DNA from: Phycisphaeraceae bacterium
GTDB lineage: Bacteria > Planctomycetota > Phycisphaerae > Phycisphaerales > Phycisphaeraceae
Reading direction: 5' to 3'
NCBI GenBank assembly: GCA_963674705.1
Contig: OY771506.1
Span: forward strand, 2,912,001-2,976,000
Length of the DNA stretch: 64,000 bases
How positions within the stretch are numbered: the stretch's first letter is position 1; the number at the start of each line of letters is the position of its first letter. Below the pieces are notes generated by a model. It saw nothing but the letters and a program-made list of their open reading frames with translations, was not told the origin of the DNA and made no database searches. Shown in pieces: positions 38,688 through 48,340 of the stretch. The position numbers and the translations under genes are program-made.

Positions 38688-39242
38688 ATGGGTGTACTTA
38701 CTGACTTCTTTGCGGCAACCGAATCTCAGTTAGCTGAAGTGTTTGTAGGATGGCATACTGTTTCAAACACACCAATTCAGAGAGAAACAACTAATCCCTT
38801 TTCGGGAGAGGCGATAATTGTTAATGATTGGCAACCTGGGCCACTCATTCGGGAGGGGGAATTGGTAGATAGCCCCGCCATTGAAGCACTTCCCCATAGT
38901 CATTTTAAAGGCGTCGACCATGTCAAACTTGGAACTCTGTACAAGCTGGTTTCAGGTGATAAACACGAACACTTCATTGATACCCTCAGTAAACCCGCGC
39001 TGATATATCCAGAAGGTGAAGATATAGGGCTTCATCAAATCCCATCAGCACTCACAAGTGCATTGGCCACACTGAGTGAAAATAAGCATGCAGAAGTAGC
39101 TATGAAGTGGCAACTAACCGAAGAATGCCAACTTGATAGATTCACGGTTGATGACTGTGAAACCGTGGTGAAGGAACTTCATAGCCTTGCCCAGGAAGCA
39201 GTGAAATTACATGGATCGTTGTATTTTCTATGGTCTTTATAG
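38688..39242 (+). CDS. Hypothetical protein, low GC
   Basis: MGVLTDFFAAT..LYFLWSL; GAGGTG SD; AT-rich codons. Confidence 0.8.
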   Translation: MGVLTDFFAATESQLAEVFVGWHTVSNTPIQRETTNPFSGEAIIVNDWQPGPLIREGELVDSPAIEALPHSHFKGVDHVKLGTLYKLVSGDKHEHFIDTLSKPALIYPEGEDIGLHQIPSALTSALATLSENKHAEVAMKWQLTEECQLDRFTVDDCETVVKELHSLAQEAVKLHGSLYFLWSL

Positions 39243-39286
39243 AGTTTGAAATCTCGCTGTAGCAGATTGATTGTCTTGAGCACAAC

Positions 39287-39326
39287 GAAAACCGCCGACC
39301 CTTTCGGATCGGCGGTTGTTGTTTTA
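39287..39326. terminator. Bidirectional terminator-like hairpin between convergent genes
   Basis: AAAACCGCCGA..TCGGCGGTTGTTGTTTT. Confidence 0.7.
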
Positions 39327-39350
39327 ATCAGGTTGTTGCTTGCTCGAAGT

Positions 39351-40529
39351 TTACTTCGCGCTGGTGGCCCACTTGATGAGCACATCCGCGACTTCGGGGC
39401 GGCTGAACTCGGCGGGGGGGCGTTCGCCGTTGCCGAGCATTTCGCGGACCTTGGTGCCAGAGAGGAAGACCTGGTCGCCCTGGATCTTGGGGAAGGTCTT
39501 GCCGGAGACCATGCCCTGAGCCTTGTGGCTCCATGCGGCGTGCTCGAACTTCAGCAGCTCGATCTTGATCTCGCCATCCTCGAATTCATCGAAGATGTTC
39601 TGGGCATCGTAGGTGCCGTAGTAGTCGCCGACGCCTGCGTGGTCGCGGCCGACGATGAAGTGGCTGATGCCGTAGTTCTGGCGGGTCAGGGCGTGTTGCA
39701 CGGCTTCGCGCGGGCCGGCGTAACGCATCGCGGCGGGCATGACGGTCAGCATCGTGCGTTCGGGTACGAAGTAGTGCTTGATGATCGTTTCGTAGCATTC
39801 CATGCGTACATCGGCGGGGATGTCACCGGGCTTGGTCTCGCCAACCAGCGGGTGGATCAGGATACCGTCGGTGATTTCTTGGGCGCACTTGCACAGGTAT
39901 TCGTGGGCACGGTGGATGGGGTTACGCGTCTGGAACGCGCTGACGGTCTTCCAGCCGGCCTTGGTGAAGGCTTCGCGGGTCTGCGCGGGGGTCAGGCGGT
40001 ATTCGGTGAACTGTTCGCCCGGCTCTTTTTCGGGGGTGACGGTGATGACGTGGATGTCGCCGCCGACGCACCAGTCGCCTTCATCCATCACAGCCTTGAC
40101 GCCGGGGTGGGCTGGGTCTTCGGTGCGGAAGACGTTGGGGATTTCCAGCTTCTTGTCGTGAGCGTAGATTTCTTCGACATCGATGACGGCCAGCAGCGTG
40201 CCGTCGCTGTGATAGAGCGCGGCCTGGCCGCCTTCCTTAAGCGTGGCCTTGACATCGTCCTTGACGGCCAGCGTGATCGGGATGGGCCAGACGGTGCCGT
40301 CGGCCATGTGCATGTTCTTGCAGATGCCTTCAAAGTCGGCCTTCTTGACGAAGCCGGTCAACGGGCTGAACGCACCGATGGCGATCATTTCCAGGTCGCA
40401 GGCCTGTTTGGCGCTGAGGGTGATTTTCGGCAGGCTGGCTGCGGCAGCTTTCAACTGCTGGGCTTTGTCTGCGTCTACTATACGGTTGACGAGTGTGCCG
40501 CCATGCGGCTGAATCAGGTGACTGGACAT
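39351..40529 (-). CDS. sat: Sulfate adenylyltransferase
   Basis: PHGGTL, GAFSPLTGF, FQTRNPIHRAHEY, MRYAGPREA, GRDHAGVG, FSRPEVA. Confidence 0.97.
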   Translation of the reverse strand: MSSHLIQPHGGTLVNRIVDADKAQQLKAAAASLPKITLSAKQACDLEMIAIGAFSPLTGFVKKADFEGICKNMHMADGTVWPIPITLAVKDDVKATLKEGGQAALYHSDGTLLAVIDVEEIYAHDKKLEIPNVFRTEDPAHPGVKAVMDEGDWCVGGDIHVITVTPEKEPGEQFTEYRLTPAQTREAFTKAGWKTVSAFQTRNPIHRAHEYLCKCAQEITDGILIHPLVGETKPGDIPADVRMECYETIIKHYFVPERTMLTVMPAAMRYAGPREAVQHALTRQNYGISHFIVGRDHAGVGDYYGTYDAQNIFDEFEDGEIKIELLKFEHAAWSHKAQGMVSGKTFPKIQGDQVFLSGTKVREMLGNGERPPAEFSRPEVADVLIKWATSAK

Positions 40530-40672
40530 CTTGGCTGAATCCTTGTCGAAACGGGGGTTAATAGGGAAAAGGATAGTAGTGACCCCAGCCCATGACTGCA
40601 AACGCCGGCAAAGGCGTGGACATAAACTGCGTATGATGGATAAGATAGGGACAACAAATCCGGAGTAATCTC

Positions 40673-41899
40673 ATGACTTCATTGCGTTTATCTACGTGCC
40701 TGTCGGCCATTTGGTTCGTATTACTTGGTCTGGTCTGTCAATCCGCGTTTGCCGCGCCGCCCCCTCCGGGCGGGCAGTTGATCGATCGTGTGCTCGATGC
40801 CTACCGCAAGACACAGCAGTACGACGCGACGCTCAAGCTCTCGATCGACCAGACGCTCGGGCGATGGACCAACAGCCAGCGGGGGGAGTTCTACATTGCG
40901 CTGGATCGGCCCAGCAACCGTCTGAGTATCGATGCGCCGGATTACCTGCTGGTCACCGATGGAGACAAATTCTATTTCCGCACAAACCGTATCCCCGGCA
41001 AGCACCTGGAGATCGACCTGGCAAAACCGCTGACCTGCGAATGGATCATCCAGCAGGCGCCGGACATGGTCTACCCCGCGACGCCGACGGACTTCGCGTT
41101 CCTGCTGGCGACCGATCCGCTGAAGTTTGTCAGTCAGGGGGCGGCGGGTGACCCGGCGATGCTGCCCGCCGATCCGGATGATCCACTCAAACGGCCTCGC
41201 ATCGAATGTGCGCTGCAGGCCGGGACGCTGACGATGACCATCAATCCGAAGACGTTCCTGATCGACAAGGTCGTGGTGGATGTCGATACGGTTCAGCTCA
41301 ATCTAGCCTTCGGCACGAAGATGAGCTACACGTACGACATCGAAGTACACAGCACAGATGTGCCTGTCGCAGACGATCGGTTTGCGTTCGACACGACGAA
41401 TTCAATACCGTCTCAAACGATGCAGCACATGATGGCAAGCGGGGCGAATCTACCGCACCGTTTGCAGGATAAGCCCGCGCCGCCGCTGAATCTGCCGACG
41501 ATTGACGGGATCGATCACGACATCGCGGTGGATGACAAGGACGCGAAGGTGATCGTGCTGGACTTCTGGGCGACGTGGTGCCCGCCTTGCCGTGCGGCGC
41601 TACCCGGGCTGCAAGAGCTGTACGCCTGGGTGCAGACCGACGGCAAACCCGTCGCGATCTATGCAGTCAATCAGGGCGAAACGGTGGAGGAGGTCAAGCA
41701 GTTCTGGGCGGACAACAAGCTGTCCATACCCGTATTGATGGATGAGAACTTCATCGCGGCCGAATCCTACGGCGTCAACGGCATCCCGCAAACCGTCATC
41801 ATCGCCAACGGCAAGGTTCGGCACGTTCACGAGGGCTATTCCAACGGACTGGAAGAACAGATCAAGGCGGAAGTCGAAGCGCTGCTGACTGAGCCTTAA
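40673..41899 (+). CDS. Exported protein: LolA/DUF2092-like N-terminal domain fused to TlpA thioredoxin
   Basis: Signal peptide; C-terminal LDFWATWCPPC and GIPQT. Confidence 0.85.
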   Translation: MTSLRLSTCLSAIWFVLLGLVCQSAFAAPPPPGGQLIDRVLDAYRKTQQYDATLKLSIDQTLGRWTNSQRGEFYIALDRPSNRLSIDAPDYLLVTDGDKFYFRTNRIPGKHLEIDLAKPLTCEWIIQQAPDMVYPATPTDFAFLLATDPLKFVSQGAAGDPAMLPADPDDPLKRPRIECALQAGTLTMTINPKTFLIDKVVVDVDTVQLNLAFGTKMSYTYDIEVHSTDVPVADDRFAFDTTNSIPSQTMQHMMASGANLPHRLQDKPAPPLNLPTIDGIDHDIAVDDKDAKVIVLDFWATWCPPCRAALPGLQELYAWVQTDGKPVAIYAVNQGETVEEVKQFWADNKLSIPVLMDENFIAAESYGVNGIPQTVIIANGKVRHVHEGYSNGLEEQIKAEVEALLTEP

Positions 41900-41905
41900 T
41901 TCTAC

Positions 41906-42454
41906 TCACGCTCGTCCGTAGTCGATCTCGAATGGTGAGAATTGTTGCCAGAGCGATAGTAAGTGCTGCTTAGTGAGTTCGGAGCTTTCGCGGATGCATA
42001 CTGGGGTGAAAGAGTCTTCGATCGTTTGAACAATTTGTTCGCATTGCCCGGGTGAGATTTGCACATAAAATGAGAATTCAAAAAGCCAAACCCGGGCTCG
42101 AAAATCTCTCACATAAAACCATAATACGCCGTCGTCCCAGAGCTTGACTTTAACTCTCGGATTGGTCAGAAACATCTCGGTGGTTACGGCTTCCTGACCA
42201 TTTGATTCATCATTGTGTGTAACTTCACATATCCAGACCTGTGTCCGGTATTTGATAGCTCTACTACGTTTGCGCAGAGCGTCCAGGAATGATGACAACA
42301 GGAGTGATTCGACATCCGGCCAATCTGGGACACGTTGTTTTGGCATGACGGCTGTGATTATATCTACACGAATGTCTGCTAGTATCCATTCGACTTCTTC
42401 ATCGATTAATCGGAAGACTTCATCGATTTGTCGATGGTTTGAGTTGCCTCTCAT
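41906..42454 (-). CDS. Hypothetical protein, low GC
   Basis: Open frame from ATG 42454; no recognised motif. Confidence 0.5.
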   Translation of the reverse strand: MRGNSNHRQIDEVFRLIDEEVEWILADIRVDIITAVMPKQRVPDWPDVESLLLSSFLDALRKRSRAIKYRTQVWICEVTHNDESNGQEAVTTEMFLTNPRVKVKLWDDGVLWFYVRDFRARVWLFEFSFYVQISPGQCEQIVQTIEDSFTPVCIRESSELTKQHLLSLWQQFSPFEIDYGRA

Positions 42455-42490
42455 AAAAAAACGGCTGCCCGCGTGATTCACGGGCAGCCG
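42455..42490 (-). terminator. Intrinsic terminator of the PEP-CTERM gene
   Basis: CGGCTGCCCG..CGGGCAGCCG followed by a T run on the minus strand. Confidence 0.85.
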
Positions 42491-42528
42491 AGCAATGAAC
42501 AAGGCAATCTGTTTGTTGTCGCAGCGAA

Positions 42529-43227
42529 TCAGCGACGACGGATCAGCGCCAGGCCGCCGAGGCCCAGCAGCGCGAGGCTGGCGGGTTCGGGGACGTACGT
42601 GGCTCGCCAGCGGCCGTTGGACAGGTCGATTTCGAAGCGCCAGATATCGTTATCGTTGGCGACGTCGATGCTGTTATTGGCGGCGGCGTTGCCGGTGTCG
42701 TCACCGATCGAGAAGTCCCATGAGCCGACCGCGTGGAACTTGAATTCCTGCGTGCCGGCGGGCATGGCGAATTCGCCGACGTGCAGGCCGTTGCCCATGT
42801 CGGTTAGGATCAGCGAACCGGCGGTGGGCCAGCCGTTCATGGAGCCTGCCAGTTCCCAGTCGAAGTCGCCTGGGTCTTCCCAGCCAAGGCGTGGCTTGGC
42901 GTCGGGCATCCAGCCGTCCGACCAACTGGAGCTATCGAAGAAGTTGAGGTTGATTTCGCCATTGGCGTCGGCGGGGATCTTGGCGTTGCTGCCCGGGGCG
43001 GCATACGACCAGTCGTCCGTGGTGGCCTTGAGTTCATAGGCCTGGCCCGGGGTCAGCCCGGTGACGGTGTAGGTGTACATCCCGCCGCCGGCGTCGATCA
43101 TCGGGTCAGTCGAGTTGTTCCAGCCATTAAAGTCACCGCGGACGTAGTACGTCGGCGCCATCACAGCCATGGCCGACGATGCCGTCAGAACCACGGCAGC
43201 AATCGCTAACAAGCTTTTCATTCGCAT
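42529..43227 (-). CDS. PEP-CTERM protein with two carbohydrate-binding-like modules
   Basis: Signal peptide; YVRGDFNGW and LAGSMNGW repeats; VPEPASLALLGLGGLALIRRR. Confidence 0.9.
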   Translation of the reverse strand: MRMKSLLAIAAVVLTASSAMAVMAPTYYVRGDFNGWNNSTDPMIDAGGGMYTYTVTGLTPGQAYELKATTDDWSYAAPGSNAKIPADANGEINLNFFDSSSWSDGWMPDAKPRLGWEDPGDFDWELAGSMNGWPTAGSLILTDMGNGLHVGEFAMPAGTQEFKFHAVGSWDFSIGDDTGNAAANNSIDVANDNDIWRFEIDLSNGRWRATYVPEPASLALLGLGGLALIRRR

Positions 43228-43478
43228 ATGTCTTCCTTCCTCTCCAAAGTGGTAATTCGAACAGGGCGCCCAGAGGCCCTCTGAGTCTAAATATAGCAGT
43301 GTAAAGGCCGAATACAAGACAAAACCGGCACTTGGTGAAGCGTTTTAACAGATTTTCTGGGGCTTCTTGGGCTAATAGGCAGACAAATCATGCTAAACCA
43401 TGGGGATGCAAGGGTTAAACGGTTATACGATGGAGGGGCATGCAAATTACCCAGTTTAACACTTCGGTTTTTTATTGA

Positions 43479-43826
43479 CTATTGACCACCCTTGGACTGC
43501 TTGGTTGTCTTTGCCTTTGCTTTGGGGGTCGAGGTGTCAGATTTGGTGGATTTACCCTCGCCGCCGGCTTTTTTCTCGTTCTTGGTTTCCTTCTTTGGCT
43601 TGGTTGATTCCTTCTCAGCCTTGGCGGCTTCTTTATAGCCTTCGGAGCGGTAGTCGGTTTCGTAGAAGCCGGAGCCTTTGAAGATGATGCCCGCGCCGGT
43701 GCCGATCAGGCGCGTGAGTTTGTTCTTGCCGCATTCGGGGCACTTCTTGAGCGGCTTGGCGGTGATGGACTGAAACTCTTCCATCTCGTGGCCGCAGGCT
43801 TCGCAACGGTATTCGTAGGTGGGCAT
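43479..43826 (-). CDS. FmdB family zinc-ribbon protein
   Basis: MPTYEYRCEACG, CPECG, FKGSGFYETDY. Confidence 0.93.
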   Translation of the reverse strand: MPTYEYRCEACGHEMEEFQSITAKPLKKCPECGKNKLTRLIGTGAGIIFKGSGFYETDYRSEGYKEAAKAEKESTKPKKETKNEKKAGGEGKSTKSDTSTPKAKAKTTKQSKGGQ

Positions 43827-43829
43827 GGT

Positions 43830-44024
43830 GGTCGGGTATCGTACTTCGGGTATCGGGTGTCGGTTTTATTACGCCGGTCCTGAGCGAAGCGAAGGGCCGG
43901 GTGGTTTTAATCACTAATCTGTAATTTCTAATCTCGAATGTTCGATCTTCAATGTTCCATCTGCCGCTTGCTGTCCGTGCTAAAAGCTAACGGCTAAAGG
44001 CTAATGGCTAAAGGCTAACGGCTT
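43830..44024. repeat. Composite intergenic repeat mosaic
   Basis: TCGGGTA heptamers, hairpin repeat 43871-43902, TAATCTN and ATGTTCN heptamers, (GCTAANG)x6 abutting the grpE stop. Confidence 0.88.
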
Positions 44025-44597
44025 CTACTCCGCAATACTCACCTTCGCGGGACGAATCGTTTTGTCTTCGATCACGTAGCCGGGCTGTAGCTGGGCGGTG
44101 ATGTGGTCGGATTCGATCTCGTCACTCGGTTGGCGCATCAGCGCTTCATGGCGGTTGGGATCGAACGGCTCGCCGGGTTCTACGTCGAGGCGCTGGATGC
44201 CGAAGTTACTCAGGACACGCAGCAGTTCTTCGTGCACGATGCTGACGCCTTTAAGCAGGTCCGCAGAAGAAGTCTTTTCCGGATCGGCGGCGAGCGCGTG
44301 GTCGAAGTGGTCCAGCACGCTGACAAGCTGCTTGGCAACATCCATCAACTGCTGCTGGCGTGCGACGACAACGTTCTGCTCGGCGCGGCGGGCGAAGTTC
44401 TGGTAGTCGGCCATGGTGCGGCGGAGCTTATCCTCCATCGCATCACGCTCGGCCTGCATCTCTAAAACGGGGTCTGACCCCGTTTCTTCGGCAGCGTCCA
44501 CATCAGGAAACTCGAGCGCTGCGTCGGCCTCATCCAGGTCGAACTCGCTGGGTTCGGTCACATCTTCGGGTTTTTCTTCGTACTCGCTCATCATCAA
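44025..44597 (-). CDS. grpE: Nucleotide exchange factor GrpE
   Basis: ADYQNFARR, FDPNRHEAL, QPGY..IRPAKV. Confidence 0.96.
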   Translation of the reverse strand: MMMSEYEEKPEDVTEPSEFDLDEADAALEFPDVDAAEETGSDPVLEMQAERDAMEDKLRRTMADYQNFARRAEQNVVVARQQQLMDVAKQLVSVLDHFDHALAADPEKTSSADLLKGVSIVHEELLRVLSNFGIQRLDVEPGEPFDPNRHEALMRQPSDEIESDHITAQLQPGYVIEDKTIRPAKVSIAE

Positions 44598-44614
44598 TCT
44601 CTTCAGCAGGTTTT

Positions 44615-44715
44615 AACAGGGATGAACACAGATAAACACGGATTTGTAAAGGAGGTTAGGTTTAAACACACTTTTCATGCGTTTCTCTCTGTGTTAATCC
44701 GTATTCATCCCTGTT
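44615..44715. repeat. Gene-less inverted arm pair of 10-mer periodic type
   Basis: AACAGGGATGAACACAGATAAACACGGA versus reverse complement AACAGGGATGAATACGGATTAACACAGA (24/28). Confidence 0.85.
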
Positions 44716-44728
44716 CCTGTATTTCTAA

Positions 44729-45862
44729 CTAACTGATATACGACTTAATCTTGTCCCAGAAGCCGCTTGTGTGTGGCATGACTTCACGGTCTTCGGTCTC
44801 GGCGTATTCACGCAGCAATTCTTCCTGCTTGTCTGTCAGCTTGGTCGGGACTTCGATCATGAGAATGATCGCCATGTCACCGGGTCGACCGTTCCGCAGG
44901 TTTGGCAATCCCTTTCCAGGTGCGCGGATGATGTCGCCGTGCTGCGAACCGGGCTTGATGGTGATCTCGTGTGTGCCATCGATGATCGGTACTTCAAGCG
45001 TCGCGCCGAGTGCGGCCTGCGTGAAGCTGATCGGCAGCTTGAGGATCAGGTGGTCATCCTCACGGGTGAACAGCTCGTGTTCCTGGACGCGGACGACGAC
45101 GTGCAGATCGCCGTGCGGTCCGCCGAGATGACCGGGTTCGCCCTCGCCGGGAACGCGGACGGCTTGGCCGTCATGGATGCCTTTGGGGATCTTGACGCTC
45201 AACACACGGCGTTTGGGTTGGCGACCATCACCGCCACAGGTTGTGCATTTTTCTTTAACGACTTTGCCGCTGCCGCCACAGTTGGGGCAGGTGGTGACCA
45301 TGCGGAACATCCCACCGAGGCCGCTCTGTGCGACCTGGCCCGCGCCGCCGCAGCTTACGCAGGTAATCGGTTGAGCGCCGGGGGCTGCGCCGCTGCCTTT
45401 GCAGCTTTCGCACAGGTCCTGGCGGGTGAACTCGATTTCTCGTTCGACACCGGACGCCACTTCTTCGAGCGTGATTTCGGTCTGTGTCTGCAGGTCGTAG
45501 CCACGTTGCGGGCCTTGACGTCCGCGACGACGTCGTGAACCACCGAACGGCCCGCCACCACCGCCGAAGATCTCCTCGAACATCGAGAAGATGTCGCCGG
45601 CATCCATGTGGTTGAAGTCGTGTCCCGCCTGGCCCTTGAGTCCGGCGTGGCCGAACTGGTCATAGCGGTTGCGTTTGTCGGCGTTGGACAAGACCTCGTA
45701 CGCCTCGGCCGCTTCCTTGAACTTGACTTCAGCTTCTGCATCACCCGGGTTGCGGTCCGGGTGGTACTTCATCGCGAGCTTGCGGTAAGCGCGCTTGACA
45801 TCATCCTCGCCCGCTTGGCGCTCGATCCCGAGTACCTCGTAGTAGTCGCGTTGTGTGGGCAT
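44729..45862 (-). CDS. dnaJ: Chaperone DnaJ
   Basis: HPD motif, G/F region, four CxxCxGxG repeats. Confidence 0.98.
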   Translation of the reverse strand: MPTQRDYYEVLGIERQAGEDDVKRAYRKLAMKYHPDRNPGDAEAEVKFKEAAEAYEVLSNADKRNRYDQFGHAGLKGQAGHDFNHMDAGDIFSMFEEIFGGGGGPFGGSRRRRGRQGPQRGYDLQTQTEITLEEVASGVEREIEFTRQDLCESCKGSGAAPGAQPITCVSCGGAGQVAQSGLGGMFRMVTTCPNCGGSGKVVKEKCTTCGGDGRQPKRRVLSVKIPKGIHDGQAVRVPGEGEPGHLGGPHGDLHVVVRVQEHELFTREDDHLILKLPISFTQAALGATLEVPIIDGTHEITIKPGSQHGDIIRAPGKGLPNLRNGRPGDMAIILMIEVPTKLTDKQEELLREYAETEDREVMPHTSGFWDKIKSYIS

Positions 45863-45869
45863 TGTTTAT

Positions 45870-45895
45870 ACCACAGAGGCACAGAGGCACAGAGA
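45870..45895. repeat. 8-mer periodic arm (CACAGAGG), inverted relative to 46272-46297
   Basis: ACCACAGAGGCACAGAGGCACAGAGA; 24/26 match to the partner arm. Confidence 0.92.
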
Positions 45896-45908
45896 AGGCA
45901 GGAAGAAA

Positions 45909-46301
45909 CTAAAGAACAAAGCGCTTGATGCCTTCCTTTAAAACAGGGACATTGAAGTTGATGAGGAGTCCTACGGGGTATTTGCCAAGTTTCATGTAGG
46001 TCAGCAACTGAGCTTCGTGAACCGGTAATATCTTTTCGATGGTCTTCAATTCGATGACCAGACGATCTTCTACCAGCACATCAATCCGTAGCCCCTCATC
46101 TAACTTCAATCCCTTATAACTTACAGGTAAATGCACTTGCCGTGCATACTTCAGGCCGGCTTGATCCAGTTCATAACAAAGGCAAGACTCATAGATCGAT
46201 TCCAGCAGGCCGGGGCCGAGTTGGCGATGCACTTCAATGGCCAGGCCGATGACCTACTGGGTTAATGGATCTCTCTGTGTCTCTGTACCTCTGTGGTTCA
46301 A
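45909..46301 (-). pseudogene. GxxExxY protein (PD-(D/E)xK-like) with in-frame TAG at codon 16
   Basis: TTG start gives [67 protein letters not shown] at 46254-46256. Confidence 0.85.
46272..46297. repeat. Partner arm encoding the GxxExxY N-terminus
   Basis: Minus strand ACCACAGAGGTACAGAGACACAGAGA encodes NHRGTETQR. Confidence 0.92.
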
Positions 46302-46310
46302 ACCTTTTCC

Positions 46311-47924
46311 TTACGCCACCGCGCCGGGGACCGGCTCATCGTCGTCCTTGAGTTCGGTGATGAGGACGTTGGTTGTCAGCATCAGGCCGGCGACGCTGGC
46401 GCCGTTGAGCAGGGCGGTGCGTGGGACGAGTGCCGGGTCGATGATGCCGGCCTTGACCATGTCCACGTATTCACCGGTTGCGGCGTTGTAGCCCTTGTTG
46501 CCCTTGGCGTTCTTGACTTCTTCGACGACGACGTGGCCGTCAATACCAGCATTCGCCGCGATCTGCTGAAGCGGGGCTTCGCAGGCAATCGCTACAGCAT
46601 CGAAACCGAGCTTCTCATCGCCCTTGGCCTTGCTCTTTGCTTTTTCGATTGCTTCGATCGCACGGATCAGGGCGACACCGCCGCCGGGGACGTAGCCTTC
46701 CTGGGCCGCGGCTTTGGTGGCGTGCAGCGCATCGTCGACACGATCCTTACGTTCCTTCATGGCTGTCTCGGTCGCAGCACCGACGTTGATGATCGCGACG
46801 CCGCCGGTCAGTTTGGCAAGACGTTCCTGCAGCTTCTCCCGGTCATAGTCGCTGGTGGTTTTCTCGATTTGCATCTTGATCTGTTCGATGCGGGCGTTGA
46901 TGTCCTTCTTCTTGCCCGCGCCTTCGATGATCGTGGTGCTGTCCTTGTCGATGACGATCTTTTTTGCGGTGCCGAGGGCGTCGAGTTCGAGTGTTTCGAG
47001 CTGTATGCCCAGGTCTTCACTAATGAAAGTCGCGCCGGTGAGGGCGGCGATGTCACCGAGCATGGCTTTACGACGATCGCCGAAGCCCGGAGCCTTGACG
47101 GCAGCGATCTTCAGCACGCCACGCAGACGGTTGACGACCAGCGCGGCCAGCGCTTCGTTCTCAACATCTTCCGCGATAATCAGAAGCGGCTTCTGCGCCA
47201 TCGCGACCTTGTTCAGCAGCGGCAGCAGGTCCGGCAGGCTGCTGATCTTTTTCTCGTGCACGAGGATCAGGCAGTCTTCGAGGATGCACTCGGTTGTTGC
47301 CGGGTCGGTCATGAAGTAGGGGGAGAGGTAACCCTTGTCGAACTGCATGCCTTCGACGTAGTCGAGGGTGGTTTCAGCAGCCTTGCCTTCTTCGACTTCC
47401 ACGACGCCGTCCGCGCCGACCTTGTTGATCGCTTCGGCGATCAGTTCGCCGATTTCAACATCATGGTTGGCGGAAACAGTGGCGACCTTTTGCAGGTCGT
47501 CCTTGCCTTTGCACTTCTGGGCGGACGCCTTGATTGCTTCGCCGGCCGCATCGGCAGCGGCGAGGATGCCGCGCTGGATGGCGATCGGGTTAGCGCCGGC
47601 GGTCACGTGACGCAGGCCTTCGTTGAAGATGGCTTCGGCCAGGATGGTCGCGGTGGTCGTGCCGTCGCCGGCTTTGTCGGAGGTCTTCTTGGCGACCTCG
47701 ACGACCATCTTCGCGCCCATGTTCTGGAAGGGTGCTTCGATTTCGATTTCCTTGGCGACCGAGACGCCGTCCTTGGTGACGGCCGGGCCGCCGTAGGACT
47801 TCTGCAGCACGACGTTGCGGCCGGTGGGGCCGAGTGTGACTTTCACCGCCGCCGCGAGCTGCTCAAGCCCTTTTTTTAGTTCGACCGCCGCTTCGGCGCC
47901 GAAGATCATTTGTTTATGTGCCAT
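46311..47924 (-). CDS. groEL: Chaperonin GroEL (copy without GGM tail)
   Basis: [28 protein letters not shown]. Confidence 0.98.
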   Translation of the reverse strand: MAHKQMIFGAEAAVELKKGLEQLAAAVKVTLGPTGRNVVLQKSYGGPAVTKDGVSVAKEIEIEAPFQNMGAKMVVEVAKKTSDKAGDGTTTATILAEAIFNEGLRHVTAGANPIAIQRGILAAADAAGEAIKASAQKCKGKDDLQKVATVSANHDVEIGELIAEAINKVGADGVVEVEEGKAAETTLDYVEGMQFDKGYLSPYFMTDPATTECILEDCLILVHEKKISSLPDLLPLLNKVAMAQKPLLIIAEDVENEALAALVVNRLRGVLKIAAVKAPGFGDRRKAMLGDIAALTGATFISEDLGIQLETLELDALGTAKKIVIDKDSTTIIEGAGKKKDINARIEQIKMQIEKTTSDYDREKLQERLAKLTGGVAIINVGAATETAMKERKDRVDDALHATKAAAQEGYVPGGGVALIRAIEAIEKAKSKAKGDEKLGFDAVAIACEAPLQQIAANAGIDGHVVVEEVKNAKGNKGYNAATGEYVDMVKAGIIDPALVPRTALLNGASVAGLMLTTNVLITELKDDDEPVPGAVA

Positions 47925-48025
47925 CGGATGAACTCCGTTTATTTATCTGGTGTTGGGCCGGCCGCTGAAGCGACCTCGCCGCTGGTGTTTATTTAATGTA
48001 CTTACAAAACTTCCGGGGGCGGGGG

Positions 48026-48340
48026 TTACTTTTCGATGATGCCGAGCAGTTCGCTTTCGCGGACGATCATGTGTTCGACGCCGTCGATATCGACTTCGGT
48101 GCCGGCGTACTTGCCGTAGATCACGGTGTCACCCTTCTTGACGGCGAGGGCGGTGCGGCTGCCGTCGTCGTTGAGTTTGCCGGGCCCGACCGCCACGACC
48201 TTGCCGGTCATGGGCTTTTCGGCGGCACTCTCCGGCAGGTAGATACCGCTCTTGGTCTTGGTTTCAGCCTCGGTGGGCTTCAACAGCACGCGGTCTTCCA
48301 TCGGGCGAACAGTCGTCTTGCTCTTGGTTGCGGTTGCCAT
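48026..48340 (-). CDS. groES: Co-chaperonin GroES
   Basis: RPMEDRVL, TKSGIYLPESAAEKP, AVGPG, KYAGTEV. Confidence 0.98.
   Translation of the reverse strand: MATATKSKTTVRPMEDRVLLKPTEAETKTKSGIYLPESAAEKPMTGKVVAVGPGKLNDDGSRTALAVKKGDTVIYGKYAGTEVDIDGVEHMIVRESELLGIIEK

Noticed and set aside
39246..40538. 430-aa plus-strand ORF
   Set aside because: Antisense shadow of sat
16987..43902. 36-nt repeat as a CRISPR repeat
   Set aside because: Copies are kilobases apart, in both orientations, with no regular spacers or cas genes
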